This document shows positions 1-12,659 of a DNA stretch of 64,000 nt, piece after piece. The notes under the pieces were generated by a model, which saw only the letters and a list, made by a program, of their open reading frames with translations, did no database searches and was not told where the DNA came from. The position numbers were made by a program, and so were the translations under genes. Source of the stretch: Ginglymostoma cirratum (Eukaryota); the NCBI GenBank assembly GCA_024137785.1, contig JAHRHZ010000050.1:13269124-13333123 (forward strand), given 5' to 3'. Positions within the stretch are counted from its first letter, which is position 1; each line of letters begins with the position of its first letter.

Positions 1-118
1 GGTCTAGGCCCGAAACGTCAAGTTTTCCTGCTCCTATGATGCTGCTTGGCCTGCTGTGTTCATCCAGCCCCACGCCTTGTTATCTCGGATTCTCCAGCAT
101 CTGCAGTACCTTTTATCT
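1..118 (+). mobile_element. Penelope-like element terminal (pLTR) fragment with 3' tail, cut by the window edge
   Basis: 1-85 is near-identical to 59299-59383, and the tail CGGATTCTCCAGCATCTGCAGTACCTTTTATC matches 5951-5982. Contains the 3' half of the hammerhead motif (GGTCTAGGCCCGAAACGTC). Confidence 0.9.
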
Positions 119-826
119 TTGGGGATGGATAATGTTGCCTTTCCAATGATGCCCACACCCCATCAAAGGTAAACTAGAGAATATAACCTATTGTATCCCT
201 GACCACGAGCAAATAAATTTTGGATTCATTTAATAGGTTTATAGTAGATCATAACTTTAAAAAAAACTTTAAATAAAACAGTCAGTGTCATCCAGGCTGC
301 GTATTTTCCTGAAAGCAGGCATTACAGAGAAAGAGTTTTGCTCTTCAGACTTTCCATGATCTGGGCCATGGTTGTGGGGGAGGGGGTCTCTTAGTCACTG
401 CTTCATGCAGCAACTTGACACAGAATCCCACAGTATGTCAGCAGAAGAAAAATCAGTGCCATGCCTTGGTTATAAATATATCTTCCCACTTGTCTATCTG
501 TAGCTTTATAGTCAAATGACTCTGTGGCTCCAAAAAATAGCACACAGATAAAACAAGCAAATTGAATAACTGAAGGCTGAATCAATATGGCTGTAATTAT
601 GCAGAAATTCATTTGATAACTCTATATTATGTGTTAGCAAGAGATTAGCCTACTTTAACTATCAGTTTCTTTGTGCCTTTCACTTTATTAAATAAAAAAG
701 TCTGAACCACATGGAGTGTTCTCATTCTGCTCTTTCCATTTGTGTGTCTGGTTTTTCTTAATTTACTGCCTGTCTAGCTGAGGGCAGTCTGGTGGTTTAT
801 TATGCCCTAGTTATTTGAGAAAGACA

Positions 827-968
827 NNNNNNNNNNNNNNNNNNNNNNNNNNNNNNNNNNNNNNNNNNNNNNNNNNNNNNNNNNNNNNNNNNNNNNNNNN
901 NNNNNNNNNNNNNNNNNNNNNNNNNNNNNNNNNNNNNNNNNNNNNNNNNNNNNNNNNNNNNNNNNNNN
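827..968. other. Assembly gap (N run)
   Basis: Run of n characters. Confidence 1.
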
Positions 969-3900
969 AATCCAACAGCCCAGACCAAATTAAAACTTCA
1001 CAGATGATACTTTGAAGTCGTCTGTCTTCGCAAATGAACACATGACTTCAATACATTGCTCAGCCTCTGAAACACTGTTAACAGTCCATGTCCTCTGTAA
1101 GGAACCTTGCACATTGTTCACAGCTGTGGTTTTATTTAATCAAGTCTGTTATGTCTTCAAGAAGAGGTGTTATTTTGAGGTTTGTGGGCTTTTACTAATC
1201 CTGACCACAAAATAAACAGACTTTCCCCTAGATGTGGTTTTATTTGTTGGAGGACCCCAAGCCCATACACTAGTAAATAGTAACAACTAGCTTTAGACAG
1301 TGTTAAGTACGTTACTGTGAATTTTTTAGATTAAAAACAAATCAAAAACACCATTTCCTTTTGCATTGTTTTATTTTGTGCTGGAGGACATTCTTCCCTG
1401 TTGCTATAACTACGCTGGTATGTCACCTAAGAGATGGTAAAGACATGTATATGGACAAGGCTAGACCAACCAACTGTAAACAAAAGGATGGGCAAAAAAT
1501 AGACTGCACATCTTTTGTTATCTCAATGACTTTTGGTTGCTAATGGTTACTGAAATAATCATGAAAGGCTGTCTAAACTGGGATACTTATACTGGAGTAT
1601 AGATAAATTTTAAAATCTCTTGGCTTCAAGCTTAGTCCTAAAGAAAGCAGCAAAATTAATAATCGTAGTCTTTTTTGTTTTCATTATCTGTAAAAAAAAA
1701 TTGGAATATTTATTAACTGATGATTCTATCAATGTTCTATTGAATTGTGGTCTGTTGCAGAAAAATAAAGTCAGAGCTACAGACTAAAGAAACTGCAGAA
1801 ATGACGATTGCCACAAAGGACTTAATTTCATACTCCATTGTTGCATTGATTAGCATTTTATCTCTGTTACACAAACCCTGCATTGTGTTTTATATACTGA
1901 AAGTGAGTTATTTTTCATAATTGCTTAATAATGCTTCATTATGTCAATTATTTACACAAAAATAGCACAGTAGCGGTGCAGATGATTTGAGGTCTGAGAT
2001 TCAGTTTATGTTTGATTGTTCCACTGTACACAATAAGGAAGTCTAAAGTATAGAAACAGCAAGAGAAAAGTGAAGCACATGGAATAGGGGAAGTTTGGAG
2101 AAAAAAACCATGTAAGGATTAGTAAAACAAGTTGGCAGAGGTGAATCACTGTCAGCAGGTGTGAAAGGAGTGCTGAAACATTTCCAGTGTACTGAATAAT
2201 GTTCAAATCAATTCCAACATTGGCCACTTAGACCTATAAATCAATGTTGGCAAACCTGCATGTATGGACTAAATACTTACTCTCTACTTTGTTTCTTTTA
2301 ATTTAAATAATTGGGTAGGAGGGGAGAGATCCCAATGGCAGAGTGTGTTCTTACTATCAAAGAAATACAATGGAACTACAACAGAGAAACACAGCCCAGA
2401 GGCTGTTTTAAAGTTTTAGTTGTTGCTTTTCAGTTTACAGTATGTTATGGGTTTTATTTTGGCTTCTTCTGGACTGTAGCTGTTTGAGACAGTGGGAAAG
2501 AAAGATCATGTCGCACGTAAGTTGCATGATGACAACATAGAAGATGTTTGATGTCCGTGATTTATTTTGTCATCAATTTCCAAACGTTGGTACAACTTCT
2601 AACAAAACAAATGCCAATTCCAAATTTTCTGTCTATTAGATTTTATTGACTGGCTTTGGTTAAGTTCTCAAAAATTGTGAACATTATTTTGAAATTCTCT
2701 GGTTCATATCATCAGAATTTGACGTGCAAAAGGATATTATCCAATCCAAGGTACTCTCTCTCTGTGGAGGAGTCAGCCACTTATTCCTGTTGCTTTGCTC
2801 TTTCCCCATATTCTTGTAGCGACTCCTTTGATAATTAATTGTATTTATGATTTAAAACTAAGCTGCTACTCCAGAGCAACTCAGGAGCAAATCCTGTCCA
2901 TTGAGAAAATTAAGAGACTTTAATAAAAATATAATGTCCTGATTTGACAGACCAATAATAAAACACATTTCAGGAGAGGGGATGTCTGCAGATTAGACAT
3001 AAAGGGTAAAACAATAATGATGCAAAGAATGACATACTGTTGTTAACACTCTTCACAGGAGAGACTCCTGTCAGGCATGTCAATTTAACTGAACCATAAT
3101 TAATACACTTGATAATATAGCTCCGTGTCAACTGACTTTCAACAATTAATGTTAGCTGCTTAAGATGTCTCGCAGAGGCTGACAGCTTTCTCACAGGCAG
3201 CCTTGCAAGTTAGTCATGTGATAAAACCACTTTGCATACGTCGCCAATGGGAAAGCCCAATTTGCCGAGGTAACATGCCTGGATTGTGCTTCTGAAGATT
3301 GCAGGGCAGCTGCAGGTAATAGGCGTGGGTGACTTCCTGCGGTACTGGCTGAGTGCATTGGAGCGGTCACCTAGCAACAGAACAGTGTCTAGCTTTTGCA
3401 CTGCATGTGTCCTTGACCTAATGAAGTTAAATAATCCTATGACACTACATTTCAAATGTCTGCTCTGGGAGCACGACAGGAATTCCTCTTGAAGTGCCAG
3501 CTAGAAGTAGTTTGAAAGCAGCTGGCCACCTCTTTAATATCCCTTTAGTATTTTGGCTGTTCCTCGAGTCAGAGTGTCAGAATGTGCCACCATTTTGATG
3601 CTGCCATTTTCAGAGTAATTGAATGAACCTTTAACCAAAAACAACCTCAATATGTTGGCTCTGATTTGAGCACTGTTCTTGGCAATTATGGTGTGTAAAA
3701 TGAATAGCCTAATCTGGAGAAACACAATCAAAAATAATTAAAACCCCAGAAGGAAAACCAGTCAGCAAGCCTGAAACTGCTGCATGTTCTCAGAACTCTG
3801 TCTGATAGATGATTATTTTACAATTCATAGTCTGTATTTATGTTGCTGTTTTTTTCTTTAATCAACTTTGGAATGCAGGGACTTCAATATAGGATTTCAT

Positions 3901-5396
3901 TTTATAAAAGAAATACCACAAATTTTGGAGATGGGATTGAAGTTTGGATGTAAACACAAATTAAGAATGGGAGAATACTTAAAATGTTAGTTGGCACCAT
4001 TGCATAAAATTGGCTTCTGGCCAAAATTTTCTTGATCAAAAAGTGTCTTTTTTTGTCTGCAACTAAGAAGGAAAGTTATGAGGAAAGTTTTGTTTTCATT
4101 GTCTTTACTGAGTGCGGTAATCCTTGAATTTCTGGGACCCGGGTTTGGGAACATAGGACAGCGTGAGTCCAGGCATTTGACAGGGGCTGAAGGGCACCCA
4201 AATCAGTGACATCGAATTTTTTAAAGGGCAGCTTTACATAATCTGTTTAATGCTTTTTGTTGAAAGCCCTTTTAATATGAAACCCAAACTGTCATGGATA
4301 TTAGCCTAATGGGAGCTGGACACATGTCCCCATTCCTCGCCTTTAAGAGAAAATGTTAATAGTACACAAGGCAATTGTTTCAGCGCATGCTTTGTATTTG
4401 TTCATCTTCAGCTGTAGTAAGGTAAATGATGTTTGAAAGTGTTTGGTTCTGCATTTGCAAACGTGGAATCACAACATTTTTATGCAGAAGATCTCTTCCT
4501 AGACATTATAGTTCAATGGTTGGTGACTTATTAGCAGCCACGAATGCTAGTGAGCTCCTCAGGCAGTGCCTGCAAATTCCGAAGCTAAGACACTTGCAAT
4601 TTGTGTAATGATTCAATGCATAGCCTGCAACCAAAATGCGGTAGGTATGCATAGCACAGGACAAAGCCTGTGGATTCAGGTGTAATGGCACCATTCTTAC
4701 TGCACAGTGGCTATACTGTGTACAACCTGAAGTCAATTTTCACTGTCTGGATATTAGACGTTTAAAATGTCCAGAGTCAAAAGCTGTATATTTCCATACT
4801 GGGTTTATTGAGGTGAGTTGTGAAAAAATTTAATCGCCGAGAAAGTGAAGTTCATTTTGTTGATAATTGCACAACTACACAAGGATGTCCTCCAGATTTT
4901 TCATGAGCATTTATGCAGGGGACTTTTACCTTCAAAATGTGTAATCATCTAATTGAATTGTGGCATTCCAATGTCAAGCATGATGCTACATGTAATTTTT
5001 CCTGTTACTTACAGTCTTGTGCAAAAAGAAATGTTTTCCTCAATTTGAGTCAGTGTTTTGGAATGCAGAGATAATTCCTTTACATTATAGTAATAAAAGT
5101 AATTGAAGTAACATTAACCTTTGGATCATAGCAAGGGCAAGAGGACACTGATAAGATTTTTGTAAATTAGGAACAGACAATCTCTAATACAAAAAAAGCC
5201 TTGGTGTGTGTGGTTAGGCACATTGTCATGTAATTTCCCCACACTGCATATTTTGAGGCTAAGTGGGAGAACTGTGGCTTAATCAGTAGTGTTTTACTCA
5301 CAGTAAAGCAGTAACTTGAGGTAAACTGGATTTATGTGCCGTTTAATCTAATTCCCTTTTACTGTTTTACAGCCAAAATACATTTGATTGAATCTT

Positions 5397-5982
5397 AGAT
5401 AACAAGCATGGGGCTGGATGAGCACAGCAGGTCAAGCAGCATCATAGGAGCAGGAAAACTTGACGTTTCGGGCCTAAACCCTTCATCAGAAATGGGGGAG
5501 GGGAAGAGGGTTCTGAAATAAATAGGGAGAGAGGGGGAGGCGGATAGAGGATGGATAGAGGAGAGGATAGGTGGAGAGGAGGCAGACAAGTCAAAGAGGC
5601 GGGGATGGAGCCAGTAAAGGTGAGTGTAGGTAGGGGGGTAGGGAGGAGATAGGTCAGTCCAGGGAGGACGGACAGGTCAAGGGGGCGGGATGATGTTAGT
5701 AGATAAGAGATGGGGGTGGGAAAACAGGTTAGGGAGGTGGAGATGAGCTGGGCTGGTTTTGGGATGCGGTTGGGGGAGGGGAGATTTTGAAGCTTGTGAA
5801 ATCCACATTGATGCCATTGGGCTGCAGGGTTCCCAGGCTGAATATGATTTGCTGTTCCTGCAGCCTTCGGGTGGCATCACTGTGGCATTGTACCTGCTCC
5901 TATGATGCTGCTTGACCTGCTGTGCTCATCCAGCCCCATGCTTGTTATCTCGGATTCTCCAGCATCTGCAGTACCTTTTATC
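5397..5982 (-). mobile_element. 5'-truncated Penelope-like element (GIY-YIG C-terminus, 3'UTR/pLTR) with an inverted terminal copy and 14-bp TSD
   Basis: 5397-5890 is the reverse complement of ~58857-59383 apart from a ~34-nt deletion. 5893-5982 is a plus-strand copy of the terminus plus tail. Flanked by TTTGATTGAATCTT at 5383-5396 and 5983-5996. Confidence 0.93.
5459..5492 (-). ncRNA. Minimal type I hammerhead ribozyme motif (PLE-associated), intact core
   Basis: Minus strand reads UUU-CUGAUGA-A-GGG-UUUAGG-CCC-GAAACGUC-AAG: CUGANGA and GAAA boxes, stem II, palindromic ACGU in place of stem III, GUC cleavage triplet. Confidence 0.75.
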
Positions 5983-7519
5983 TTTGATTGAATCTTTACC
6001 GTTTTAGCAAAATTACTGTTTTGAATTAGGATGGTCTGCCTGGTATTTAATGAAAAAAAGTGAAGATTCCTGCTTTAGAAAATCTACCTTTAAACATCTC
6101 TGATACCGTTCAAGTGGTTGGGCTAGAGACATGCCAGAGACATTTTAGTGTCTTTTGCTATGGAAGGCTTTTTAAAGATTTTTTTCTGTCTAGCTACAAG
6201 GAATCAGGCTGAAAGATTCTCAGTAGTGCAAAGGCTATGAGGCAGAGCTATTGCCCAGAGCATTTGTCAGCCTGGATCTCCTGGAAAAGAAATCAAGAAA
6301 TGATGCAATATCAGAAAATGGCATGTTTAATATCATTGCCTTTTATTAAGTAAAGGACGGTGACAACATGCTTTGCCTTTAACGGCTTATTTTGAAGGTG
6401 TTTTCACTCAGAAGGACTAGTTATAGCAGCCAATTTAAAGAGAGCTGTTAGTAACAATAGTAGAGTAGTTCTGATAAATTAATGTTGGCTTTGTAGTCAT
6501 CAATAATTGATAGCATACTAGGCAAATGTATTCCTCTGAACTTTGTTGGGAAAGTTGACTTATTGTTACACTATATCATGTATATTGTGCACTATGGATG
6601 TAATAAATATTAGTGTGCAAAAAGCAAAGATTAATTACAATAATCAAAATCAAATGCTTCTAAACAAATGATGCTACATTCAAAGCATTTGAATTTCTAA
6701 TTTTTCCAACAGATGCACTTGACATTTTGGTGTTAATTGTAACTGTTATCAAATGTAGAGTGATCTCCTGATGTAAAACACCCTGGGTATTGTTTCAAGA
6801 TGATGTCTAAATACAATCAACATACCTAATTGCCTAAAAATGCCAATGATTAGAAAACTAAGTTTTCTTTCAAAAGGTATTTATTTGGCTATCACAAAAT
6901 ATCGAAATGATATATTTAATTTTTTGAATGAATCTTTTTAACATATTTTATTTGAATATCTTGTCATTAATCTTGTTTTGTGGTCATTACATTGCAGATA
7001 CGTATTTGTAAACCTCAATAAGAGTAGCTGAAGTGGACAACAGGATAGGGAAAACATATCAACTTATTTTTTCTTAATTTAGACCAGGCTTTTGAAATTT
7101 CAGTTCCTTTCATATAAGTCTTTGTCAACCACCTTGCTTACTTTGACTGCATCAAAATTAATTCAATGAATTTGTAATAAATTAAGAGCCATTTTAACTG
7201 CAATTTCCCAACTGTCATTCCTTTTCTATAGACAGTAAAACCTGCTCCTCATGTAGAACAGCACCTTTTGATGGTGTTGTCATCACACACAATATTTGCA
7301 ATTTTTCTCTCTTTACCAATGCCATATGCATGTGTATTAGCTAAAATGCCATTGTGAGTCTACTTATGGGTGTAGTGGTGGATTGTCCTTAAGGAAGCTA
7401 TTGTTTTTGTAATTGTATGCTTCCATGTACATGGCATGTAGTGGCACCTGTCTTTGTGTCATCAGCAAGTTTGGATATGTGGCTTTTCATGGCAACAACT
7501 AAATCATTCTGCTCTGAGT

Positions 7520-7962
7520 AGCTGAGGCCCTAGCACAGATCCTTGTGGAACACCACAAGTCACATCATACCTGTTCATTAACCTTCTTCTCATTCAGCTG
7601 GCAATCAGCCAGTTTTCAATCAGCCAAGTTAGTAAGTTGCCTTCGATTCCACGAGCTTTTACTTTAGGTCAACAACCTCTAATGAGGAACTTTATCAAAT
7701 GCAAATGAAATGTATCCATAGCTATTTGCTTCTTCGCTCTGCTCGTCACTGCTCAAAAAAATTTACTCGTTCATCAGGCATGACTTACCTTTTCCAGATG
7801 CATGCTGGCTTTCTCTGATCAGATTAAATTTTTCAAGATGATCAGTTTCTATTTCCTTAATTATATATCATTTCCTGTAAACAAATGTTAGACTAACTAG
7901 CCTGTAGCTCATTGATTTCTCTTTCTGAACTTTTTTAAAACAGCTGAGTGCCCTGTGCAAAA
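7520..7962 (-). mobile_element. Old CR1 LINE ORF2 (RT) fragment, left part of an interrupted copy
   Basis: Reverse complement of ~7526-7563 encodes VTCGVPQGSVLG (RT motif B); decayed CR1-like sequence continues up to the Harbinger TIR. Confidence 0.75.
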
Positions 7963-8229
7963 AGGCTGAATCTTACCAAATTTTGGTAAAGTGTCATTTT
8001 TGTCAAGTTGCATAGAGGGCTTCTTTCCATTAGGCCCAGAGAGTTTTCTTGTAGCATCATTCCACACTTACGTCCTTAATTACCTACAATACCCCTGTGG
8101 TGTCCATCTTGTCCAATGCTTGCCTGATTCTCACACTCACCGTAGCTAGAGGTCCTTGCTATTGCTGGGATATCCCAACATGGAACGACATCCCCAGTGC
8201 TCAGCACCTCTTTGAAACCTAGATATTGG

Positions 8230-8760
8230 CAGTCCGCTTCGCACATAGAAACCTGGAGGTGCAGGTGGTACAGAGGAGATGCTGTCCCTTTCCCTCAGAA
8301 CTGATAGAGGAGACCACGATACCAGATGTTGTCGGCCTGGGTCAATGTGCCCTCAGCCGTATGGAAGAACACCCAGCAATATAGGAAGATGGGTGATGAC
8401 TTTCTCCATCCCACCAGGATAAGCACCACCATTTTCTCTCAACTGCTTCAGACTCACTCTATCTCTGCTACTGCACACAGCTCCTACCAAGGCTCATGCT
8501 CTATCATTCACATTGTTGCTTGCAAGCTCTTCCTCTGCTCAGCCTCACTCACCCAATTATCCCACACGCCTAACCTTGTATGGTCTCTGCACTCTCTAAT
8601 TGCTCAATCATTCACTCAGGACACCCCACAGCCTTCCCCCACCTGTATTAGCACTAACATCTCACTTGATTCCCCCTCCACCACGCCTTTACTGTCATTT
8701 CAGGAATAAAATGGCCAAAAGAACCAGGATGGAAGGTGAGGTGCCCGATATCATCCCCAA
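8230..8760 (+). pseudogene. Decayed Harbinger Myb/SANT-like DNA-binding protein gene, probably with one intron
   Basis: Myb/SANT-like peptide remnants at ~8234-8410, then a pyrimidine-rich tract ending in acceptor TTTCAG (8703), then a segment ending in GEVPDI resembling the TGGG.PDI motif. Confidence 0.55.
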
Positions 8761-8918
8761 TGATTAGACGTTCCTGACCCCAACTGTCCCAAGGGGCTGA
8801 CTGACAGTGCCCGAGGCCCCAGACTGATCTTGGAGGCTGTCCTCAAGTGATTGTGCTGTGACCCTATAAGTGAAGGTGTCCCCTTGATGACTGAAGACAG
8901 CTCCCCTCACCTCCGCGG

Positions 8919-8942
8919 CCCCCCCCCCCCCCCCCCCCCCCC
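8919..8942. repeat. Poly-C homopolymer (24 nt)
   Basis: Directly visible. Confidence 0.95.
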
Positions 8943-9197
8943 TTTTAAGATATGGCCATTTAGTTGAAACATATTCAGTGTGTTTGCCATGTAAACTGCT
9001 GGCCTGTGCAGGCAGAGATTGTTGTAGCATTATCCACCGATCACTGCGAGCAAATGTGCAGTTGGGATTTGAGTCTGCACTTAAAGGCAAGGCAAAACGC
9101 AAGTAATATGAGTCTAGTATCTTTGGCTAAGGGGGCAAAATGCAAACAAAAAAGGCAAATACTAACATCATAGGTTTAAAATGTAAGTGGAAAGTTT

Positions 9198-9498
9198 AAG
9201 AACATAGAACAACACAGCACAGTACAGGCCCTTCGGCCCACAATATTTAAAAGAGATGTGTATGGAAGTTTATTTACACAGAGGATGGTACATGCCTGGA
9301 ACACACTGCCATGGGAGGTGGTAGAAGCAAATATGATAGCAATGTTTGAGAAGCATTTAGACATATGAACAAGCAGGAAACAGAGGGATATGGGCCACGT
9401 GCAAACAAATGGAATTAGTTTAGAGTGGCATCATGGCTGGTGCTGATATGGTGAGCCAAAGGGCTGTTCCTGTGCTGTACTGACCTATGTTCTATGTT
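9198..9498. mobile_element. Two CR1 3' ends in opposite orientation (short minus tail ~9198-9246; plus 3' fragment ~9250-9498)
   Basis: AAGAACATAGAACAACACAGCACAGTACAGGCCCTTCGGCCC is a reversed CR1 tail. The plus part encodes FTQRMVHAWNTLP and ends CTGTGCTGTACTGACCTATGTTCTATGTT. Confidence 0.8.
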
Positions 9499-10119
9499 AA
9501 GGCAAGAGCATCCATTCGGTCAAAATGAGTGAATGCTAAAAGAGCAAGCGAGCAGCTCTATAATTCAGCCTGGTCCATTTAGTGAGCTGGGGGCATGTAA
9601 CTGCACGCACCATGTGCTTGCTGTAGCATTGCAATGTTGGGTGCCGGTATGCTCCAAAGTGCAGCATACTCTAAGTGGATCAGAGATATGCCATGAGGGT
9701 GCAGAGAGACTGAATCATGTCAGATGTCAGTGTCTATGGATGTGGGGTGCCTGTTGAGTGCGCCCTGAGATGCTGGTGCTGCGTCTCCAAGATGGAGATC
9801 CAGAGAAACAGCAGCAAGCTGGAGAGGCCAGGTACCTACTCTGACATCCATCTTGGGAATTCTCTTGGTTTAGTTTCTCTTCAGTGGGTGGGATGATGAG
9901 AGCCTTCATAATAATGAGGTGAGATTAAGTAGTAAAGGGGCAATAATAACCCATAATCTCTGTTAATAGCCTTCTCACCACTTAGTAGCAAGAATCTTGT
10001 CTTGATGTATGAAGCTTGTTGGTCTCAACGTCGAGAAACGCCCTTCCTGATCTCGCAGGTGATTCTTCTAAATTTCTCACAATAGCCCACGTTGTTCATG
10101 ATCAGGGAAGATTCAGCCC

Positions 10120-10800
10120 ACACAGTTTCTGAATTGAGAGAACTTTGGATGATTATAGTTAGTGCATGTGCAATTTCTTTTACCTACTTCCTTTAAGACC
10201 CTGTGGTGGAAGTATCTGATTCTAGGAATGTGTTACTGTTCATTGCCATGATTTTCTTTACTGCTGTTACTTTGCTTATGGTGATCAAAGTGAGTTCCAA
10301 CTCCTGATTCAGTATTAGTTTCCTCAAGATGTCTATTTGTTGATCGCTTCCTATGCCCACAATACTGAAGCAAGTATTATTCACCATGTCTTCCATTTCC
10401 ATATTTCATTGGTAACATCAGTGTTAGCCATTTTCAAGAGCCACATTGTTTCTGACCACCCTATTTTTCTTAATATGTGTCAAAAATAGTGTATCGATTT
10501 TGATATATTATACAAGTTTCTTTTCAAGTAGATTTGTTGCGTGTACTTTTTTTATCTTTTTAGTCATCAAAGCTGATTTTGGTAGGCAGAACTCTTATCC
10601 CTTAGGGTTCTGAACAGATTATGTATCACACTAAACTCTTTTTGAACACCTCTCACTGATATTAACTGTTTTAATCATAAATAGATTTGCCCAGTTCTTT
10701 GAAATGTTTTGGTATCATTGAATTAAAATCAACCTTACATAAAGCTGAAATCTTTGTAACTGTTATGCAATCTCCCCTTCAAACACAATTTGTTTCCTCC
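10120..10800 (-). mobile_element. Old CR1 LINE ORF2 fragment, right part of the interrupted copy
   Basis: Minus ORF 10193-10402 (EMEDMVNNTCFSIV...ITISKVTAVKKIMAM) resembles the CR1 linker EMA..LN.YF.SVF...KL..LK..KSPGPD; collinear with 7520-7962. Confidence 0.6.
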
Positions 10801-10844
10801 TATTCAGATAACAGGCATAATGTTTAATCAGCTCATACTTTGCT

Positions 10845-10932
10845 CACAAAAACAGAAGTTGCTGGAAAAGCTCAGCAGGTCTGGCAGTGTCTGTGAAGAA
10901 AAATCAGAGTTAATGTTTTGGGTGCGGTGACC
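10845..10932 (-). mobile_element. Short PLE terminal fragment of a second family with a truncated, degenerate hammerhead
   Basis: AAAACAGAAGTTGCTGGAAAAGCTCAGCAGGTCTGGCAG...GTTAATGTTTTGGGTGCGGTGACCC parallels 63593-63690; flanked by CTTTGCT at 10838-10844 and 10933-10939. Confidence 0.7.
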
Positions 10933-12659
10933 CTTTGCTAAATTGGCCTTCTATATTTGTCACCTTAAGACAGTGGTAGATCGAATTTCTGCAAGTATTC
11001 AGCTGTGGGATCATTTTGGTCTGTATATCGAACAGTACATCATGTGATGCATTTCCTTGTCTGGACATCCATTGAAATCTGAATGATAAACAATAAACTG
11101 AAAGTCTCAAGGAGAGTATAGCATTGCATTTGTTGATTCTGTCAGTCCTCCTAAAGGCTAACCCACTTTTTTCCTGCCTAGAGGCTTTCACAATATTTCT
11201 TACACTTGCTGGGATATCTTTCTTCTTATGACTGTCAAAGTTGGGAAGTACAGATGACACAATTGTTGTGGGTTTTGGACACGGCAGTAGCTTGGCAAGC
11301 CATGCTCATAACACTGCAACATCCTTATTATGATTTGGTTTGCATTCAGTAAAAGGTTTAAGACAATGGAGGGAGCTGCTTGATTACATTCCATAAATAC
11401 ATGGCACAGTCACCAAGAGATAGCGTGTCTCCGTGAGCTTGAATGAACTACAACTTTTGACTTCTTAAACTTTTCTGTTTATTTGCTGAAACTAAAAACA
11501 TTCCGTGTTAAGGGCTTTGACTGGGATGAATTTGGGGCCGATTTCCCTGGATGCCATCTGGTCCGCTAGGTCACTTGTGCCCTGTAAATCCAAATTTGTA
11601 TGAAAAGCATTTAGTGTTTGCCCTTGTTCTCACATCAGAAGAATTTTTTCTTTTGTGCAATTTATTCTTGTTTCTAAAGGCTTAAAAATGAAAGCTTTGT
11701 TTCTGAAATAATGGCTTAGTGTAGGCTTACATTGTTGATCCTCTCAGTAGATGCAATGTAATCCTCTTTGGTAATGTGAATTTTTAAACAATCTTCTCCC
11801 TTGGCATTAACCCTTAGATGCTAATACAGTGCGTCGGACTGGCCAAAGCACAAAGACAGTTGTTGGTTGGCACTGTATGGTTTGGCCACAGAGAACCTGT
11901 TTGTGACCAGAGCAGGTTTGGCCTTTATGAGCTGAACACATCTGTATTCACTGAGCATTCTTTGCAGGTTCCTTGTTCATTATGAAAAGCTACTTCTGAC
12001 TAAACAATGTCCTTTTAAGATGTATGTTTTTTGCTGCCGGTGCACAGTAAAGTTTCACAAGAAAGGTTGCTCGAAGTAATCCTTGGGAAGGGTGTAGTGG
12101 GATGAAAGGTTTCTAGGGCTTGTGTGATGGCCCTGTTTCTCTGATGTTCCTTTCATACTAAGTTCCATAGCTGAAGAGGAATTGGAGCTCTCATCTATAT
12201 CCAGAAGCACCAGCCTTTTTATGTTGTTGGCTTTTATTGATAGTTCAATAAAAACTCCATGATAAATATACAGAAAAACGATGCAAAACTGCTTTAAAGC
12301 TATAAGGGATCCTCTAGTATGATATCAACTGTGTTTTTGTTTTGTACAATACAATTAGACACATACTACCAAATATATACAATATATATTTTACTTATAT
12401 AATGCTGTTATCTCTTTGTTAATTTTCCTTCTTCCTGACTTTACCTAGATCTATTGGTTAAGGTGTACGATCAAGCTCCAATATCTTGTACAGGTGAACA
12501 TTATTTATGTAGGAGCTTTGACAGTTTGTGTCAGCAGGTATTTGACTGCCCAGGAGATGGTGTCCAGCTGATGCAGGAAGAATCATCAAAATTGAATCCA
12601 ATCTTGTCCTCCCCAAATAACATTTGGATGCTGCATTCAGAAACAGCAATCCTGGCAGA

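Larger units (their letters stand above)
7963..10119 (+). mobile_element. Non-autonomous PIF/Harbinger-type DNA transposon with TIRs and decayed Myb/SANT-like gene
   Basis: TIRs GGCTGAATCTTACC (7964-7977) and GGGAAGATTCAGCC (10105-10118), 13/14 match. Internal remnants read RF..RNLEV and AWVNVPSAVWKNTQQYRKMGDDFL, resembling Harbinger Myb/SANT (NAIF1-like) proteins. It interrupts a CR1. Confidence 0.7.

Noticed and set aside
800-1041. ORFs spanning the first gap, and overlapping ORFs across 58053-58452
   Set aside because: Open only because N codons contain no stops
8764-9102. 112-aa ORF with a poly-Gly run
   Set aside because: The Gly run is just the poly-C homopolymer inside a decayed transposon
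12449-12537. Possible exon (pyrimidine tract, AG...GT)
   Set aside because: No recognisable peptide in any frame, a weak donor and no partner exons
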